In this document: positions 25,302 to 38,000 of the stretch, in pieces | Numbering within the stretch: the stretch's first letter is position 1 | How the letters are laid out: the number at the start of each line of letters is the position of its first letter | Origin: Amoebophrya sp. A120 | Taxonomy: Eukaryota > Protista > Dinoflagellata | NCBI GenBank assembly: GCA_905178155.1 | Contig: CAJINV010000014.1 | Span: forward strand, 1,826,593-1,890,592 | Length of the DNA: 64,000 nt | Direction of reading: 5' to 3' | Position numbers and translations under genes: made by a program | Notes under the pieces: generated by a model | Database searches by the model: none | What the model saw: the letters and a program-made list of their open reading frames with translations, nothing else | Told to the model about the DNA's origin: nothing

Positions 25302-28300
25302 CTACTTCAAATCATGTGCGTTGAGCCCGAAGCCTCCGGCGGTGCTCACCAGCGTCCCCGCCGGAGATTGTCCACCTCGACGGCCGCCTTCGCTGTGATG
25401 CGTGACGAGCTCCGCCGTTCCGCTCGCCTCAATCTTGAAAAACGGACTTTTCACGGCGAGTGGCGAAGTTGCCGGGAGATTGTAGGAAAAAAAGTCCTGG
25501 TGGTCGTGCTGCTCTTGGTAGTTGTTGCCAGAGAGAACTTCTTTGTCGGATGCTGTACTAGCTTCAGTTGTACTTGTACTCCTCGACGTTGATGTTCCGA
25601 CGTTGTCGTTGTCAGTACGACCACGACGTTGCTGGCCCTGGATTTGTTCCGTCACAATTTTCGTCGCACCGTTCCTTGTCCGTCCTCCTGTTCCACCTCC
25701 CACTGGAGTTGCGATGGGAATAACACCCGGAGTTGTACTAGGAGCTCTTGCAGGTCTACTTTTCTCCACGATGACCCTTGATAAAGAAGTGTCTTCTACT
25801 TTGCGAGAAATAATTCTTTGTCCTTTTTCCGCATTTTTTCCAGTTTTCATCATCCCACTACTTCTATTTTTCCCGTGGTCCACGTCCGCAATCACCGTCG
25901 TATTGAACAGAACCTGCATCGGCAGGGCCCCCGGAAGCTGCTGAACCGACGCCGAGGCCTCGGGGCCGGGATCGCCTGAAGTAGGCGCTGCATGACCTCC
26001 ACCGGCGGGAGCTGCGTTACCTGTGGTCCTCGTCCACGTTTCCGCGCCGGAGGGCTGCACAGGCGTGGTCGTCGTAGCTCCTTTGTTTTGCACCTCTATC
26101 CAGGAAGAAACACCCAGCACCCCCATCCAATGTATATATTTGTCATGCAAAACATGCATAACTTCCACTGTTTGTCATGCAAAAAATGGATGGGGATTGG
26201 TGTTTTTTCCTGGATAACCACCTCGGACAACACATGACTCTTCGCCGGCGAGCCTTCATCTGCTGTATCCTGTGCAAAAGTATCGCACTCGTATTGCAAT
26301 CATGCATTACAAATCCTTTTGCTGAGGTGAATGATCCGCATTACAAATTTTATTTCTCATGCTGAGGAAATTTGCACTGCATTTACACGAGTACGATACT
26401 TTTGCAGTTCATATGCTGAGGATGTTGTCGATGTTGTGCTGCTGTCTTTTGCATTTTTAGCAGTGGCCGGTGCAGCGACGCTTGTTCTTTCGTCGGAACT
26501 TTTCTGTTTTGTGTCATCACCTTGCTGCGGTTCCTCTTCTCGCTCCGTCTCTGGCAAGGTTGGAGCCATCTCATTACTAGAATTTTCGTCTTTATCACTG
26601 CTACTTTCGCCTGCTGCTGAGTCGCTCGATGCAGCTTGTTCTGCTACGCCTGCCGGGATGAGCTCCTTCTTCCACTGCGCCCCGTTTGCCCAGAAAATGG
26701 TCGCTTCAAGACCGCCGCTCGCTCCCGTTTGACTCGTGCTCAATTCGCCCTGCAATATGCTAGGTAAAGCCACCGACTTCTGGAGCGACTAGAGTACTAG
26801 TACTAGTAGTAGCACGACACGAGCAATAAGGGTATCCGTGTCTATCATCTCACGAAATTATGAGCTCCTTCCCCTGCACAATTATGTTGAGTTTGCAGCT
26901 CCAGCTATTTTCAATCTCCCGCATGCTCCTTTTTCATTTTTTACAAAGTTCTATATGCTTATGCATCTAATTGCGCATCTTTGTCATCATGATGAAGACG
27001 GTGATTTATTTTTCAGATGTCATATCCAAAACCTGGTCGTGGAACTGCAGGGAGACGTGACTTCCGCAAATCACTCCATACCCCTGCCAAATGTCTTCGT
27101 TTTTGGACACGGATTTCGCTTGCAGCGCGATCTGTCGGTTCTTCTCGCTTTCTCCGAGGCCGAGCGCTGCTATCAAAGTGAAAAATCCCCCCACCCCATA
27201 CTCAAAATAGAAACTTGCGATGCAGATTTGTGGTCACAAATCAGCTTTGTCATGCTAGAAGGAAAAAGATGCGGACTGTAGTGCTGGTTGGCGTAGGAAA
27301 GCCTTGCATCTTCAGCATTACAGGGGGCAGCTGGAAGTGGGAAACAGCATGACAGATTGCCTGTAGACGAGGCCACAGCTGCGTCTCTTGGCCTTCTAGC
27401 ATTACAAGTCGATTTGTGTACTCAAATACAGCATCACGCATTTCGTTTTCGATATGGGGAGGGGGGATTTTTCCTTTTGATAGCTGCCGCAGCGGACTTT
27501 TTCGACGTGATCCGGGTGTCCGAGTGCGCGACGTCAACCCTATGGAAGTGTCAGGATTGAAATCGTCAAAGTTGAAATAACTTGCGATGCATAAAATCGA
27601 TACCAGTTGGAAGCCCAATTTCCAAGCAGTGCATGACAAATTTCGGCATCGCCGGAATCCAGTTTGTAATGCTGTTTAGGGAAAGAAGGCGTCTTTTGTC
27701 ATGCTACTTTAGCAGCTCTATTCCAAACCCGAAACAGGCTCACAAAAATCGGCCTCATTTGCAATCCCTGCAAGAGAGGCACTTCATGCCTTGCAATTTC
27801 TGCATGAGAAATTATTTCAACTTTGAGGATTTCAATCCTGACGCTTCCATAAACCCAGGTACCCACGTACTGGTCTTGGTACTTCGTGCATCAAAGAAAA
27901 AAAACTGTGTTAGCGTAGGTCGTGTTCTTTACTTGGGGTAACAGCATCACAAATTTGTTCTGCATGTTGGCAGAGAAATCCTCATCCTGTCATGCACGGC
28001 TAGGGCTGGCGCTGGCCTGACAAGTGTATCTGCGTTGCATGCTTTGCATTGTAGACTTACACTTCCACAGTTTTTCTTCTTTCATATCGTCGTCAAAAAG
28101 GCGATGCTATGCATTGCAAAAGTATCGTACTAGTATAAATGCATGACAAATTCCCTTAGCGTGAGAAATAAAATTTGTATATGCGGATTTACCTGGAGAA
28201 AAAAATTTGTAATGCATGATTGCAATACGAGTACGATACTTTTGCACAGGATAGATGTCGTCGGTCTCCTTGTTTTCCAACCCGGGCTCGACCTGTCAAG

Positions 28301-31300
28301 CCAAAAAGTGCTAACGCTAGCGCTTTTGGTTTTGTTTTGAGGCATTGCAGTCATGCATGACAAATTTTCTCTATCATGCATCATGCTACGCAATACAAAT
28401 TTGGGCACGATTTCTCTCAACATGTGTCACTGCATGCCACATTCCGGAGGTAACGTTATAGAACTTTTTGGTGTAATACGACCAGATCGGCAAACAGAAT
28501 TCTGCTGACCCCCTGCTCAAAGGACTCGCAGGAATCCAAGATTTTCGGAGAGTCCGGAACTTTATCAACTGCAAAATTGTCTGGGTCTGGAAGGATGCGA
28601 ACTTGTGATGCTGGATTTGGATGCTATAAAAATCTGTATTGCATGAACAGCAACAGCGGTCCAGTTTTTGCCCCGGCGACGAGAGGGCATTTCTCATGCG
28701 GCATAGGCATCAGAAAGCCCTCACAAAATCTGTGATGCTAGGGCATCCATCACAGACGTCAGGAGTCATGCAAAATATGCATGACAAACCTGGCAACATT
28801 TTTCCAGACCGAGACATTTTTGCATTTGATACACTTTGCGCAGAAACAAGAACGAAGACTTCCGTAGCTCCTTCAAGGCGCCTGTGGTAAAATGGGTCAG
28901 CGTTCCCGGTCGCGTCACGCTGTCATACCGGATTAGGGGATGCAGTGCAAAAGTTTTCTTTTTCTCTCGAGGAACAACTGGGTGGAAAGGGAAGGTTGCG
29001 TAGACGTCGAATAAACAACTGCTACTGCATAGCTATGCAAACCTCTCGTCGCCCAATTTGATGATGCGTACATAAAATTTATTCTCATGCGGAAATTGCT
29101 CTGGAGAAGGGATCTCTCATGCGCTCTTGCAGGTTGTATCAAATTTGCCGTAGTGCGAAGATGCAACAACTTTTGCACCACAGGATACAATCCGCGATTT
29201 TGTAACTGTTGTTGCACGTAGGGTATGACCGGGTTGCTCGGCACGTTCCAGCAGGCGAGTGTGTAGCAGCGATCTGATGTAGTCGTTTTGCATGGTTGTA
29301 GTGCGAGAATCCTATCATAAATCACGACCATGAAGAGACTTCCGCGGACTTCGTGAAAGCAACTTCTATCTTAAAAGCGAATTCCGCAGCACAAATTTTA
29401 TTAATTTAGTGTATGAAGTCAATATCCTCGAATGGTGCAGATGAATACAAATTACCGACGTATTTGCTCAAGTCAAAGGCCTTGTCGAATGCTAAGAGTT
29501 GAAAGTCGGTCACCCCCTATGAAAGTGCACAACTCCCCCTCCCCCTCATTTGTCATGCAAAAAACCCAATCCACCCTTTGCCTCTTGCTACTGTGTGCAT
29601 GACAGGTTCTGGTAGCCCAAACAGAACTATATTCCAGTGCACGGCACCCTTGCTGATGCTTGTATCGCCGTTCGTGCTACACAAATGAGGGGGAGGGGGA
29701 GTTGTGCACTGTCATACCCCCCGGACAACACCCACGACGGACTGGAAGACGTAATATTCGTCGAGGCAACCGGTGTTGGATGGGAAGGCCCAATGGTTCA
29801 TGTGGAACGCATACATCATGTCTTGCAGACCCTGTGAATATCAAGAAGGGAGGCACATCTACTTGTTAAGGGCCCTGAATCAAGAATCAACACTGCAGCT
29901 CGGTGACCTCCTATGCTCAATCTTGCCGAAGATGCAGATGATACGAACAAGATGCAGCCCCCAATAGAATATCCAGAGATGAGAGGAAGGCTATCACGTC
30001 GAAAAAGTCGCAGTCCACCTTCTATTCTCCGTGTAATGCTTGGATTTAGATGAAGTAGAGACGACCTCCAAGTCGCACAGTTCACATCGAAGATCATCCA
30101 TTGATATAGACTTGCTTAGTGGAGTGGGTGGGGGCTTGCTACGGCAACTTTTGCTGCAACACAAAAGGAACAAAGCGTCCTCCGGGCAAGCTAAGACCGG
30201 CGGCGCTAGCTCATCGTGGTGGAAAAGTCGGGCAGTCGCTGATGTGGACGACGCTTTCTTCTCTTAGCATTCAGGGCGGCTTTGAGTGGAGCAGTCGGTT
30301 GGCACATAATTCGGGCGAACAGGCGACCTGAACGGCATGAACAAATACCAACAAGACGCTCGGCGCCGGTACTGGTCGTCTGTTCTCGAGTAGTAGTTTC
30401 TTCTACTTCTAGCAACCCATTGCCGGCACCGCTCGGCTATCCTGTGCAAAAGTATCGCACTCGTAGCAATTGCTATCGTGCATGACAAATATCCCTTTTA
30501 TAGGTAAATCAGCATTACAAATTCCATTTTTTTTCTTGAAAAAATTTGTGATGCAATTTATACTAGTACGATACTTTTGCAATGCATATCGGCGCCACCG
30601 TAGACGCCGGTAGCAGGTTTTCGCGCACCGCTTTCTCGTTGATATCCTGTGCAAAAGTATCGTACTCGTATTGCAATCATGCATTGCAAATCTTGTTCTT
30701 AAGGCAGATCAGCATTACAAATCTTATTTCTCATGCTGAGGAAATTTGTAATGCATTTATACGAGTACGATACTTTTGCAATCCATAGTTGAATTTGTCG
30801 AGCAATGTGCGCTGCTGGAAGGCCGCCGCGGGAATGTTTTGCAGCGTGTTGGGAAATGGAAGGAAAATAAATGTTGAGCACAGAGGAGGCTGCCATGTGT
30901 CATTGATGTCAACATTCCGAGCGTGGTGCCACATCCTCCAAGACCAAGTCGTATCTTTTCGGCTGATAACTGCATGCATGCAAGTAGAGAAGCGAGCTCT
31001 TATGCTTGACAAATTGCAACCTTTCATCTGATGTCTCCACCAAAACTATCGCACTCGATAGCACCAGGGCGCTCCACATGTAATATTCGTCGAGGCAAAT
31101 GCGTATGGAAGCGAAAATTGAAGATTTAGCTACGCGCTTACGAGTTGTTTGTGTACTTCCGAATGAAATGATGTTGAAGGAGGCACAGCTACTAGCGTCA
31201 GACGCGAAAGCTGTATGTAGTACAAGACTCGTTCGTATTAAGGAGCTAAAGAGAAAGAACTCGTAAAGCACGCGGCTGAAAATATATAACTAAAAAGCAG

Positions 31301-34300
31301 CTCACTTTGCGTAGCCCAGCCCACTAAGCCAAAGGACGAAAGCAGACTTTGATACGTGATAGCCTTTTATTTAAGGTTTCGCGAAATTATTTCTCATACT
31401 TACAGCAGCAGTGCCGTAATCTGTCCTAAATGAAAATAATCTGTAACTTCCTCGAGCTCGGGGGGTTCGTTTTCAACATCAAAAAACAACACAAAGATCA
31501 TCGCTATGATCCCTATCTTTATCGCGAGGATGCAGTACTGCTATAGTAGAAAACAGCTTCTGTACGTTGATGTTATAGTTCGCCACGAGTTTGGTCGCGG
31601 CGGCGTGCGACAGAGTGACCCACTGGTGATGCTTCGCAGCCACTTCGTACCCCGCACTGCATATGCAAAGACAGCTTTGACAAAATAATCACGACTTTTT
31701 GATGCCCCCTCGCAAACAAAGCAAGACAATTTATGCATAAGAAAGTATAAGTAAAATAAAAATGATGAGAAAATAACTCTGATTGATTCGTCTGGTGTTA
31801 ATTGCTTCTATTTGGCATTTGCAGTTCATTTTTCTTCCGGCTCGGTGCCGCCTCTGCTAGAAGTGTGCGCTGCACTACAACAAGCAAACCTAGGAGATTC
31901 AGGATTCATCTCGTCAAATCAGTACACTATCTCCCCGCGCATACTGGGATCCGGCATCGGTCTTCTGGCCCAAGCGGAGACGGGAAACATGCAGAACGCA
32001 GACAACTGTGGGTCCAGAAACAAAGTCTCGTGCACGAATTTCTTCGGTTTGACCGGCAGCGTGCTGTCGGACTGGAAGACAAACTGGTCCTCGGTTGAGT
32101 GGCTGTTTTCCAGCGCTTTTCGCAAAAGCGTATGCAGTACAACATTTTTTCCCGTATCACACGTACAAAATGTATCACAGAGTTCGGCAACTACGTGCAC
32201 GCCACTTGTCATGCTGAGCACAGGATTGCAGAAAGTTCTGTCATGTAGAAACCGCATCTGCACGTGTACGGGAAAACATTAACATGTATCAATATCTCCT
32301 GTGGATACAGCGCGATCATGGGCGAAACGAGGTCGGTATCACAAGAAAAAGTGTACACGTACACGGTTTTCCCGTTTTTCGAAGAAAAATTTTTGTGGGC
32401 TCCCTCGAGGCGTTCACTTGTGTCAGTGAAAGCACTCGCTACGAAGTTCGCTAGATTGGGAGTGTGGCAAGGCTGGCGAACCTAGAGCACACGGCCCGAA
32501 GGTCATAGTCAAGACCCAGCAGAGAGGGGAAAGAAGCAGCCGAGTCATCTGCCCAATGCTCCTGGCCTCGTCTCAGGGCCGCGCAAAGAAGGCCGAAAAG
32601 GCCGGGAGTTGTCACTCTAGCGCCTGGAGGTGGGCCGCCGGCGGCTCCTGCAGCCTGTGGCCCAGGTTCTCCTTGCGCCGAGGGTCAAAACCACCCAACA
32701 AACCGTCGCCACCATCAAAACAGGCGAAGGGCCTCCTTTTGAAGAGGTAAACGGACCATGCCATGCAGTCTGGAGAGGATGTACACGGTTTTTCTTGGGG
32801 TCAAGAAAATCCGCAGAAAAAGAGGCAAATTTATCTGAATTTTGCCTGCGAAATCGCGCACCACCAAAAAACCGTGTACATCGCATCTAGACTGCATGGT
32901 ATGATGGATGTACACGGTCTGCGAAGTGGTCGGGGCCGGAGACAGACACTCTGAACCGTGTACATCGGCCATACCATGCAGTCTAGATGCGATGTACACG
33001 GTTTTTATGGGCCCTTTTTAAAAATTGTTGCGTATTTCCTACTTTTGAAACCGTGTACATGGGCCATAGCGTGGTGGCTAGGTTCCATGTACACGGTTTT
33101 TGGCCAATCTGAAAAATTTGGCCTTGGAGGTATGCAAAAATTTGCGTTTTTCCGGACATCCGAAATTTGGAAACTTTCCCAGATCTCGGGACACAACACA
33201 GCCAGACGAACCCGCCGAGAAATCTGAAGCAGTTCGGCTCCCGCCCAAACAATAATCCGCAGCCCCCATCAATGTTTCCGACCCCAAACACAGCCTGGCG
33301 GGTGGGGATGGAGTGTTCATGGCGGTGGGCCACTGTCGGGCATTGGAGGGGGAGCTGCTTTGCGCTGATGCAAGGGGCCCCATCTGGTGCCAGGATTGCA
33401 GGTCTGCCTCGTGGATATCATCCACCAAAATGCATCGGGCTTGGGCGGCGACCCTGAAAGCTTGCGCCCATAGTAAATTCAGACCATTGTAGAGCGACAG
33501 TCTCTCCAACGCCGGGGCGAAGGCTTCAAGTGGTGCCACTACGTCGCGCTAGGGGGGCGCCAAAAAATTTTTTTTGGGAAAAAATGCAAACCGTGTACGT
33601 GTACACTTTTTCTTGTGATAGTCGGTGCAGTAGCTGGAGGGCACAGGCTCGATCAAAGTTGCGGGAAAAGGGGGCATCTGGCACGTGTAGCCGTCTTTGC
33701 AGTGTACATAGGCCGCCCAGTCAGATGATGATGCGTCGGAGGTGGCGGCGCTTTGATCCTGCTGTAACATCGTCGCTGTAGTCGCACCTGCAGTTGCGGT
33801 ATCCTGCGCACCGTACGAGGGAGGCTGAAAATACCGTCGCCAGCTCTCGGCATTGTTGATGTGATTGTACACGAGAAAAAGGTAGTGCACTTTGCGGTCC
33901 GTTTTCTTGGTAGTTGTCCCGTCGGTTATTGTTTTTTGAACGCTGTCTGATGTTCCACTGTTACCTCGCTTGAGTAGACGTCTTAGGCCGCTTCTTTTCG
34001 ACGCGTTATTTCTTCCAGTTTTCCTGATGCTACGTGCTGTGCTCTGCAGCAGCTGGCTACTTTTGCTGGTGTTGCCGCTCTCAACATTCCTGTTCCGTGA
34101 GACGATGCGCAGTGCGTTTGTGGCGCAGAAAATGTTGCTGCTTTGGTCTGGTCCGGAAAACAGGGAAACTGCAGCGAACAAAAGCTGCGCTCGCATGAGG
34201 AAACGCGGCACCAAAATTGTGCTTGCGGTGAACGAGCCGCGAGTTCCTATGCCCGAGCAACGCTGCGCGGCAGCGGCGGGAAAATAAGCTGCGCCCGCCG

Positions 34301-34307
34301 CCGGCAT
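25302..34307 (-). CDS. Core-2/I-branching beta-1,6-N-acetylglucosaminyltransferase-like protein with partly duplicated domain and long C-terminal extension
   Basis: Motifs in order: KVHYLFL, YVHC, YCTDLVSPMIALLRKAL, FVFQSDSTLPVKP, KHHQWVTLS, CLDEYY (twice), ELRKSSFLFLRKV. Many junctions join in frame; those near 26800-27030, 28900-29400 and 31300-31900 are unresolved. Confidence 0.68.
26097..26216. mobile_element. Introner-like element, family D
   Basis: tatccaggaagaaacacc / ggtgttttttcctggata; DR acctc/accac; frame restored. Confidence 0.88.
26266..26413. mobile_element. Introner-like element, family A
   Basis: tatcctgtgcaaaagtatcg / cgatacttttgcagttcata; DR tgctg; frame restored. Confidence 0.93.
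27171..27482. mobile_element. Introner-like element, family F
   Basis: tatcaaagtgaaaaatccccccaccccata / tatggggaggggggatttttccttttgata; DR gctgc; frame restored. Confidence 0.92.
27541..27851. mobile_element. Introner-like element, family E
   Basis: tatggaagtgtcaggattgaaatc / gatttcaatcctgacgcttccata; DR aaccc; frame restored. Confidence 0.93.
27889..28086. mobile_element. Introner-like element
   Basis: catcaaagaaaaaaaactgtg / cacagtttttcttctttcata; DR tcgtg/tcgtc; frame restored. Confidence 0.8.
28108..28253. mobile_element. Introner-like element, family A
   Basis: Family A TIR; DR gatgc/gatgt; frame restored. Confidence 0.9.
28294..28478. mobile_element. Degenerate introner-like element
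   Basis: ccaaaaagtgctaacg / cgttatagaactttttgg; DR cgacc; frame restored. Confidence 0.75.
28563..28831. mobile_element. Introner-like element, family B
   Basis: Family B TIR; DR aactt/cactt; frame restored (FLRK/VPDS). Confidence 0.9.
29518..29716. mobile_element. Introner-like element, family C
   Basis: tatgaaagtgcacaactccccctcccc / ggggagggggagttgtgcactgtcata; DR ccccc. Confidence 0.92.
30438..30588. mobile_element. Introner-like element, family A
   Basis: Family A TIR; DR tcggc. Confidence 0.92.
30643..30787. mobile_element. Introner-like element, family A
   Basis: Family A TIR; DR gttga. Confidence 0.92.
32131..32307. mobile_element. Introner-like element with weak TIR
   Basis: tatgcag...cctgtggata; DR aagcg/cagcg; frame restored (MIA/LLRK). 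Confidence 0.8.
32337..33620. mobile_element. Long (1284 bp) TIR element, family G, inside the glycosyltransferase CDS
   Basis: Perfect 33-bp TIR tatcacaagaaaaagtgtacacgtacacggttt; DR gtcgg; internal repeats of tgtacacgg in both orientations; removal gives YCTD/LVSP. Confidence 0.93.
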
Positions 34308-35028
34308 TCTGCCTTTATCTCCCAGCCGGCAAGAACAGCAGCAGCAATGACGAACCTTACGGGTCTAACATCTTTGGTGAAAAGCAGAACGCCTGCCAAA
34401 GACCTGTACAGCCTGTGGCAGGGCAGGTTTGTTCTGCGTCTCGTCGTCTACTAAGTTGTGCTTTTCTATCTTATTTCATCAAGCTCATGAAACGGACACA
34501 GTTGGAAGTGGTACTAAAGGTAAAGGAGCAATTCCAAGATCCGCAAGAATGCACAATACTCCTTCAGTCCGCTCTTCACTCCATGAAAAAGACAAAGTCA
34601 CTCTCAGTTAGTATACAGCTACAGTAGGCCGATCCAGAATAAAAAAGAAGCTATGTTGCCCCCCAAGCCCGAAATTGAATTCCGCGGCAAAAAACACTTT
34701 AGCTTTAACGGCATCGACGCCGGTAGTATATCTGTCTTCGTAAGATGAAAAGCATACGGAGTGAACACGTACTACGTCACCACTGCAATTCGAATATCTA
34801 TGGTGCCTCGTATACTGGCAATTGATCAGATCTTGATCCTCGTACGCAATCACGTTCGCATCAATTCGTCAAGTTGCATGAAAACTGTACGCATCTTCAT
34901 TTTTTTTGCGCCATTCATCTCTGATTCAGTGCAGAGCAGACTTTGTTTGTAAATAGTAGTGTCCGTCTACTCTGGTGGTGCATCTATGATGTACGCAACC
35001 CGCGTTGTAGTTTCTTGCGGTACGCAGC

Positions 35029-38000
35029 TCACCCTCGCTTTTGCTTCTTGCTGAAGAGTTGAAACTTGTTCTTTTTTTCACCTCCCTTCTCACCAACAGC
35101 TTCCTCGCCGCGCTGCCGCTTTTTGCTGGCTGTAGTTATGGCACCAGATGACGACGGAGTTGATTCCTGAGTTGCAGCAGCTGCATTCGGGTTGTTTGCA
35201 GATTGTGGCTTGCTGGAAGTAGTAGAGACTGAAGCTCCGCTTGCCGCGTTCTTTTTCCCACGGTTACCGCTCTTTGCCGCAACTTTCCGTTTCTCCACTA
35301 GCACCGCGCGCATGGTCTTCGTGTCATTGAATTCCGGTCTAGTGGGGTCGATGCCGAATTCCGGGTCGTTGAACAATTTTGCAAACCGGTCGTCCGAAGC
35401 GAGCTCTTTGGTCGCTGTGCTGCTTTTGGTAGTTGAGTGCGCTTCTTGTGTAGCATCAACATCGGAAATAAAATCCTCTTCGGACGAATCGTCGTCATTT
35501 TTTCTCTTCTTTCCCTTCTTTTTTGTCTTGCCCTTCATAGCCGTAATACTCTGTTGCTCCAGCTCCTCCTGCATGGCTTTTTTGATCTCCTCCCGCTTGT
35601 CTTTGATCTCCAGCTTCTTTTCCCGCCGTTTTTCCTTCTTTTTCTCCTGGAACTTCTGCCACGGGGTCAGCTTGGAGGCCTGTTCAAGCTTCAGACTTTG
35701 CATATTCTGCAGATTTTTCTTCCCGCCCGCGTTTTTCTTCAGTTGCTCGTCGACCTTCTCCTGGACTTTCTTCGCAACCGCCTCGGTTTCGGTGTTGAAC
35801 GTCATCTCCATTGCGCCCATAGTTTCATTATGGATTGCAAAAATGTCTGGGTCTGGAAAGTTGGAACTTGTGATGCTGCATTTGGATTCTAAAAAAATCT
35901 GTATTGCATGAGCAGCAAAGAGAGTCCAAGACCAAGTCTTGCTACAGAGAAAGAGCATTTTTCATGCGGTATAGGCATCAGGAAGCCCTCGCAAAATCTG
36001 TGATGCTAGGGCATGCAGCATCACAGACATCAGGAGTCATGTTGGAAGGCTAAGGGCAGGGCGTCCCATTCGTTTATAAACTTAAAACGGTAGCCACCTA
36101 CCCAGCAAACTCTGAGTGGAATAAGCATGACTCTGAGTGGACATCAGGAGTCATGCAAAATGTGCATGACAAACCTTGGATCCTTCCAGACCCAGACATT
36201 TTTGCAGTTGATATTCATTCTCTGCGTCGCTGGCCGCGACCGAGAAATCGGATGGGATGTCGTCATCTTCTTCTTCCTCCTCTTCCTCCTCCAGCACTGG
36301 AAGATCTTCCTCTTCAGCACTTATCATTTTGTCAGCAGCTGCTGTGTCGGGAAGATCTATTTCGGAGGAACCCTCCTCTTCCTCCAGTTCTGAGCCGTTG
36401 TTTTCAGAAGAGTCATTTTCTGGGCTACTGTCAGCAGCATCCTCCTCCTCCGCGTTCTTCAACAAACCTCCCAGCAACAGCTTCCGCTTCTCTTCGACCT
36501 CCTTACTGAGCTTCTTCTTCTTCTGAGCACCGGCGTTTCCGTTTTTCTCGCCGCGAGAAGAAGTAGAGATCCCGACCGCACTATCGTGCTCGTTCTGTTC
36601 ATCTTCATCAAGATGACCACCTTCGTAGTTTTCATCCTCCTCCGAATCGCTGTCCGCGAGATAGGTTTGCAAGTCGTTCAGCGCCATCTCCTTTTTCGAA
36701 AATTTCTTCATCAGGTCTTTTTTCCGCCGCGCGGGCTGCTCGTCCCAGTTGCACTGCGCCTTCGTGTGCGCCAAGCCCGCGCGGAGCGACTGGTTTTCGG
36801 TCAGGTGGGCGGTGTTGTGGGAGCTTTTGTGCAGCGTTTCCTCAAACGCCTTGCTGGTGCACTCGTCCACAACGGGCCGGTCGATTTCCCCCATCTCGTC
36901 CGGGACTTGCCGCACGTCCAACGGCCGCCCGTTGCACAAAGAGTCGATTTGGTGCCCGTCCAGCTCCTCGTACAGTTTCCCGCAGGTTTCCTTGCTGTCC
37001 AGCTGGATCACGGCGAAGAAGTACTGCAGTTTGCGCAGGTTGTATATGACAGCGCACAACTACAACTTCCCCGCCCCCTCATTTGTTTAATAGCATGAAC
37101 GGCAATACAAGTGTCAGCAAGAGTGCAGGTTTTGCACGACAAATTTGCACGACAGGAGTGTAGTGCTATTTGGGCTCCTGCCAGAAGGTGTCATGCGAAA
37201 AGTGCCGAGAGGCAAAGGGTGGATTTGGTATCTTGCATTAGAAATGAGGGGGACAGGGAATAGTTGTGCACTCTCATATTGTACTTCCGGATTTCCTCCT
37301 GTTGCTCTTCGTTCTCGGAGGATGAAGAGTCGTTGTCGTCGTTTGTAGCATTAATATCGGGATTTATTTCTTTATCATCTTCGTTCTCCATTTCTTCGTC
37401 GTCGGAATCTTCAACAGGAGCTCCTGCTCCTTCTTTGGCCTGTTTATTTTTCCCTGTCGTGGCACTACTAGAACTAGTGTTTCTTTTTTTCTTCATTTCC
37501 TGAATCGCGGGCCCGTGCTGCGCCTCGTATTCCAACGCTTTCTCCCCCGTTTCGGACCGGTAGATGCGACAGTAAAGGATTTTGTCATTGTTTGTCAAGT
37601 TACTATTTTCGCCGTCGGCATGATCTGTCTCGCCCTTACTACTCTTTCCTGCATTCAGCAGCTTCTTTCCCACGCGCGTGTTCGCACCGCTCTGTCCAGT
37701 ACTAGCATTTCTACTTCCACTGTTGGCGATGAAGGATTTTGCCACCCGAAAAATGTCCTCGGCGGTCACCGTGTCCCAATCCAGGGTCTGGAAGGCCAGC
37801 CGGCTCCCAGTGTCGTGCTCCGTGCGCTCGATTTGCTTGCCGTCGTAGTAGCCGGTGGTTTCCCAAATGGTGTCGTCCGGGTCGTAGCTGTCTTCTGACT
37901 CGTATCCAGGAAAAAACACCCATTCACATCCAATTTGTCATGCAAAACATACGTAAAATTCTGTGTTTGTCATGCAAAAAATGGATGTGGATGGCTTTTT

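Noticed and set aside
32983-33539. ORFs inside the 1.28-kb element as a transposase
   Set aside because: Short, with no recognisable DDE or recombinase motif by eye; an HMM search is needed
35192-37098. Long plus-strand ORFs (35192-35911, 36586-37098; likewise 3877-4599, 44358-45194)
   Set aside because: Antisense shadows of minus-strand genes with recognisable motifs
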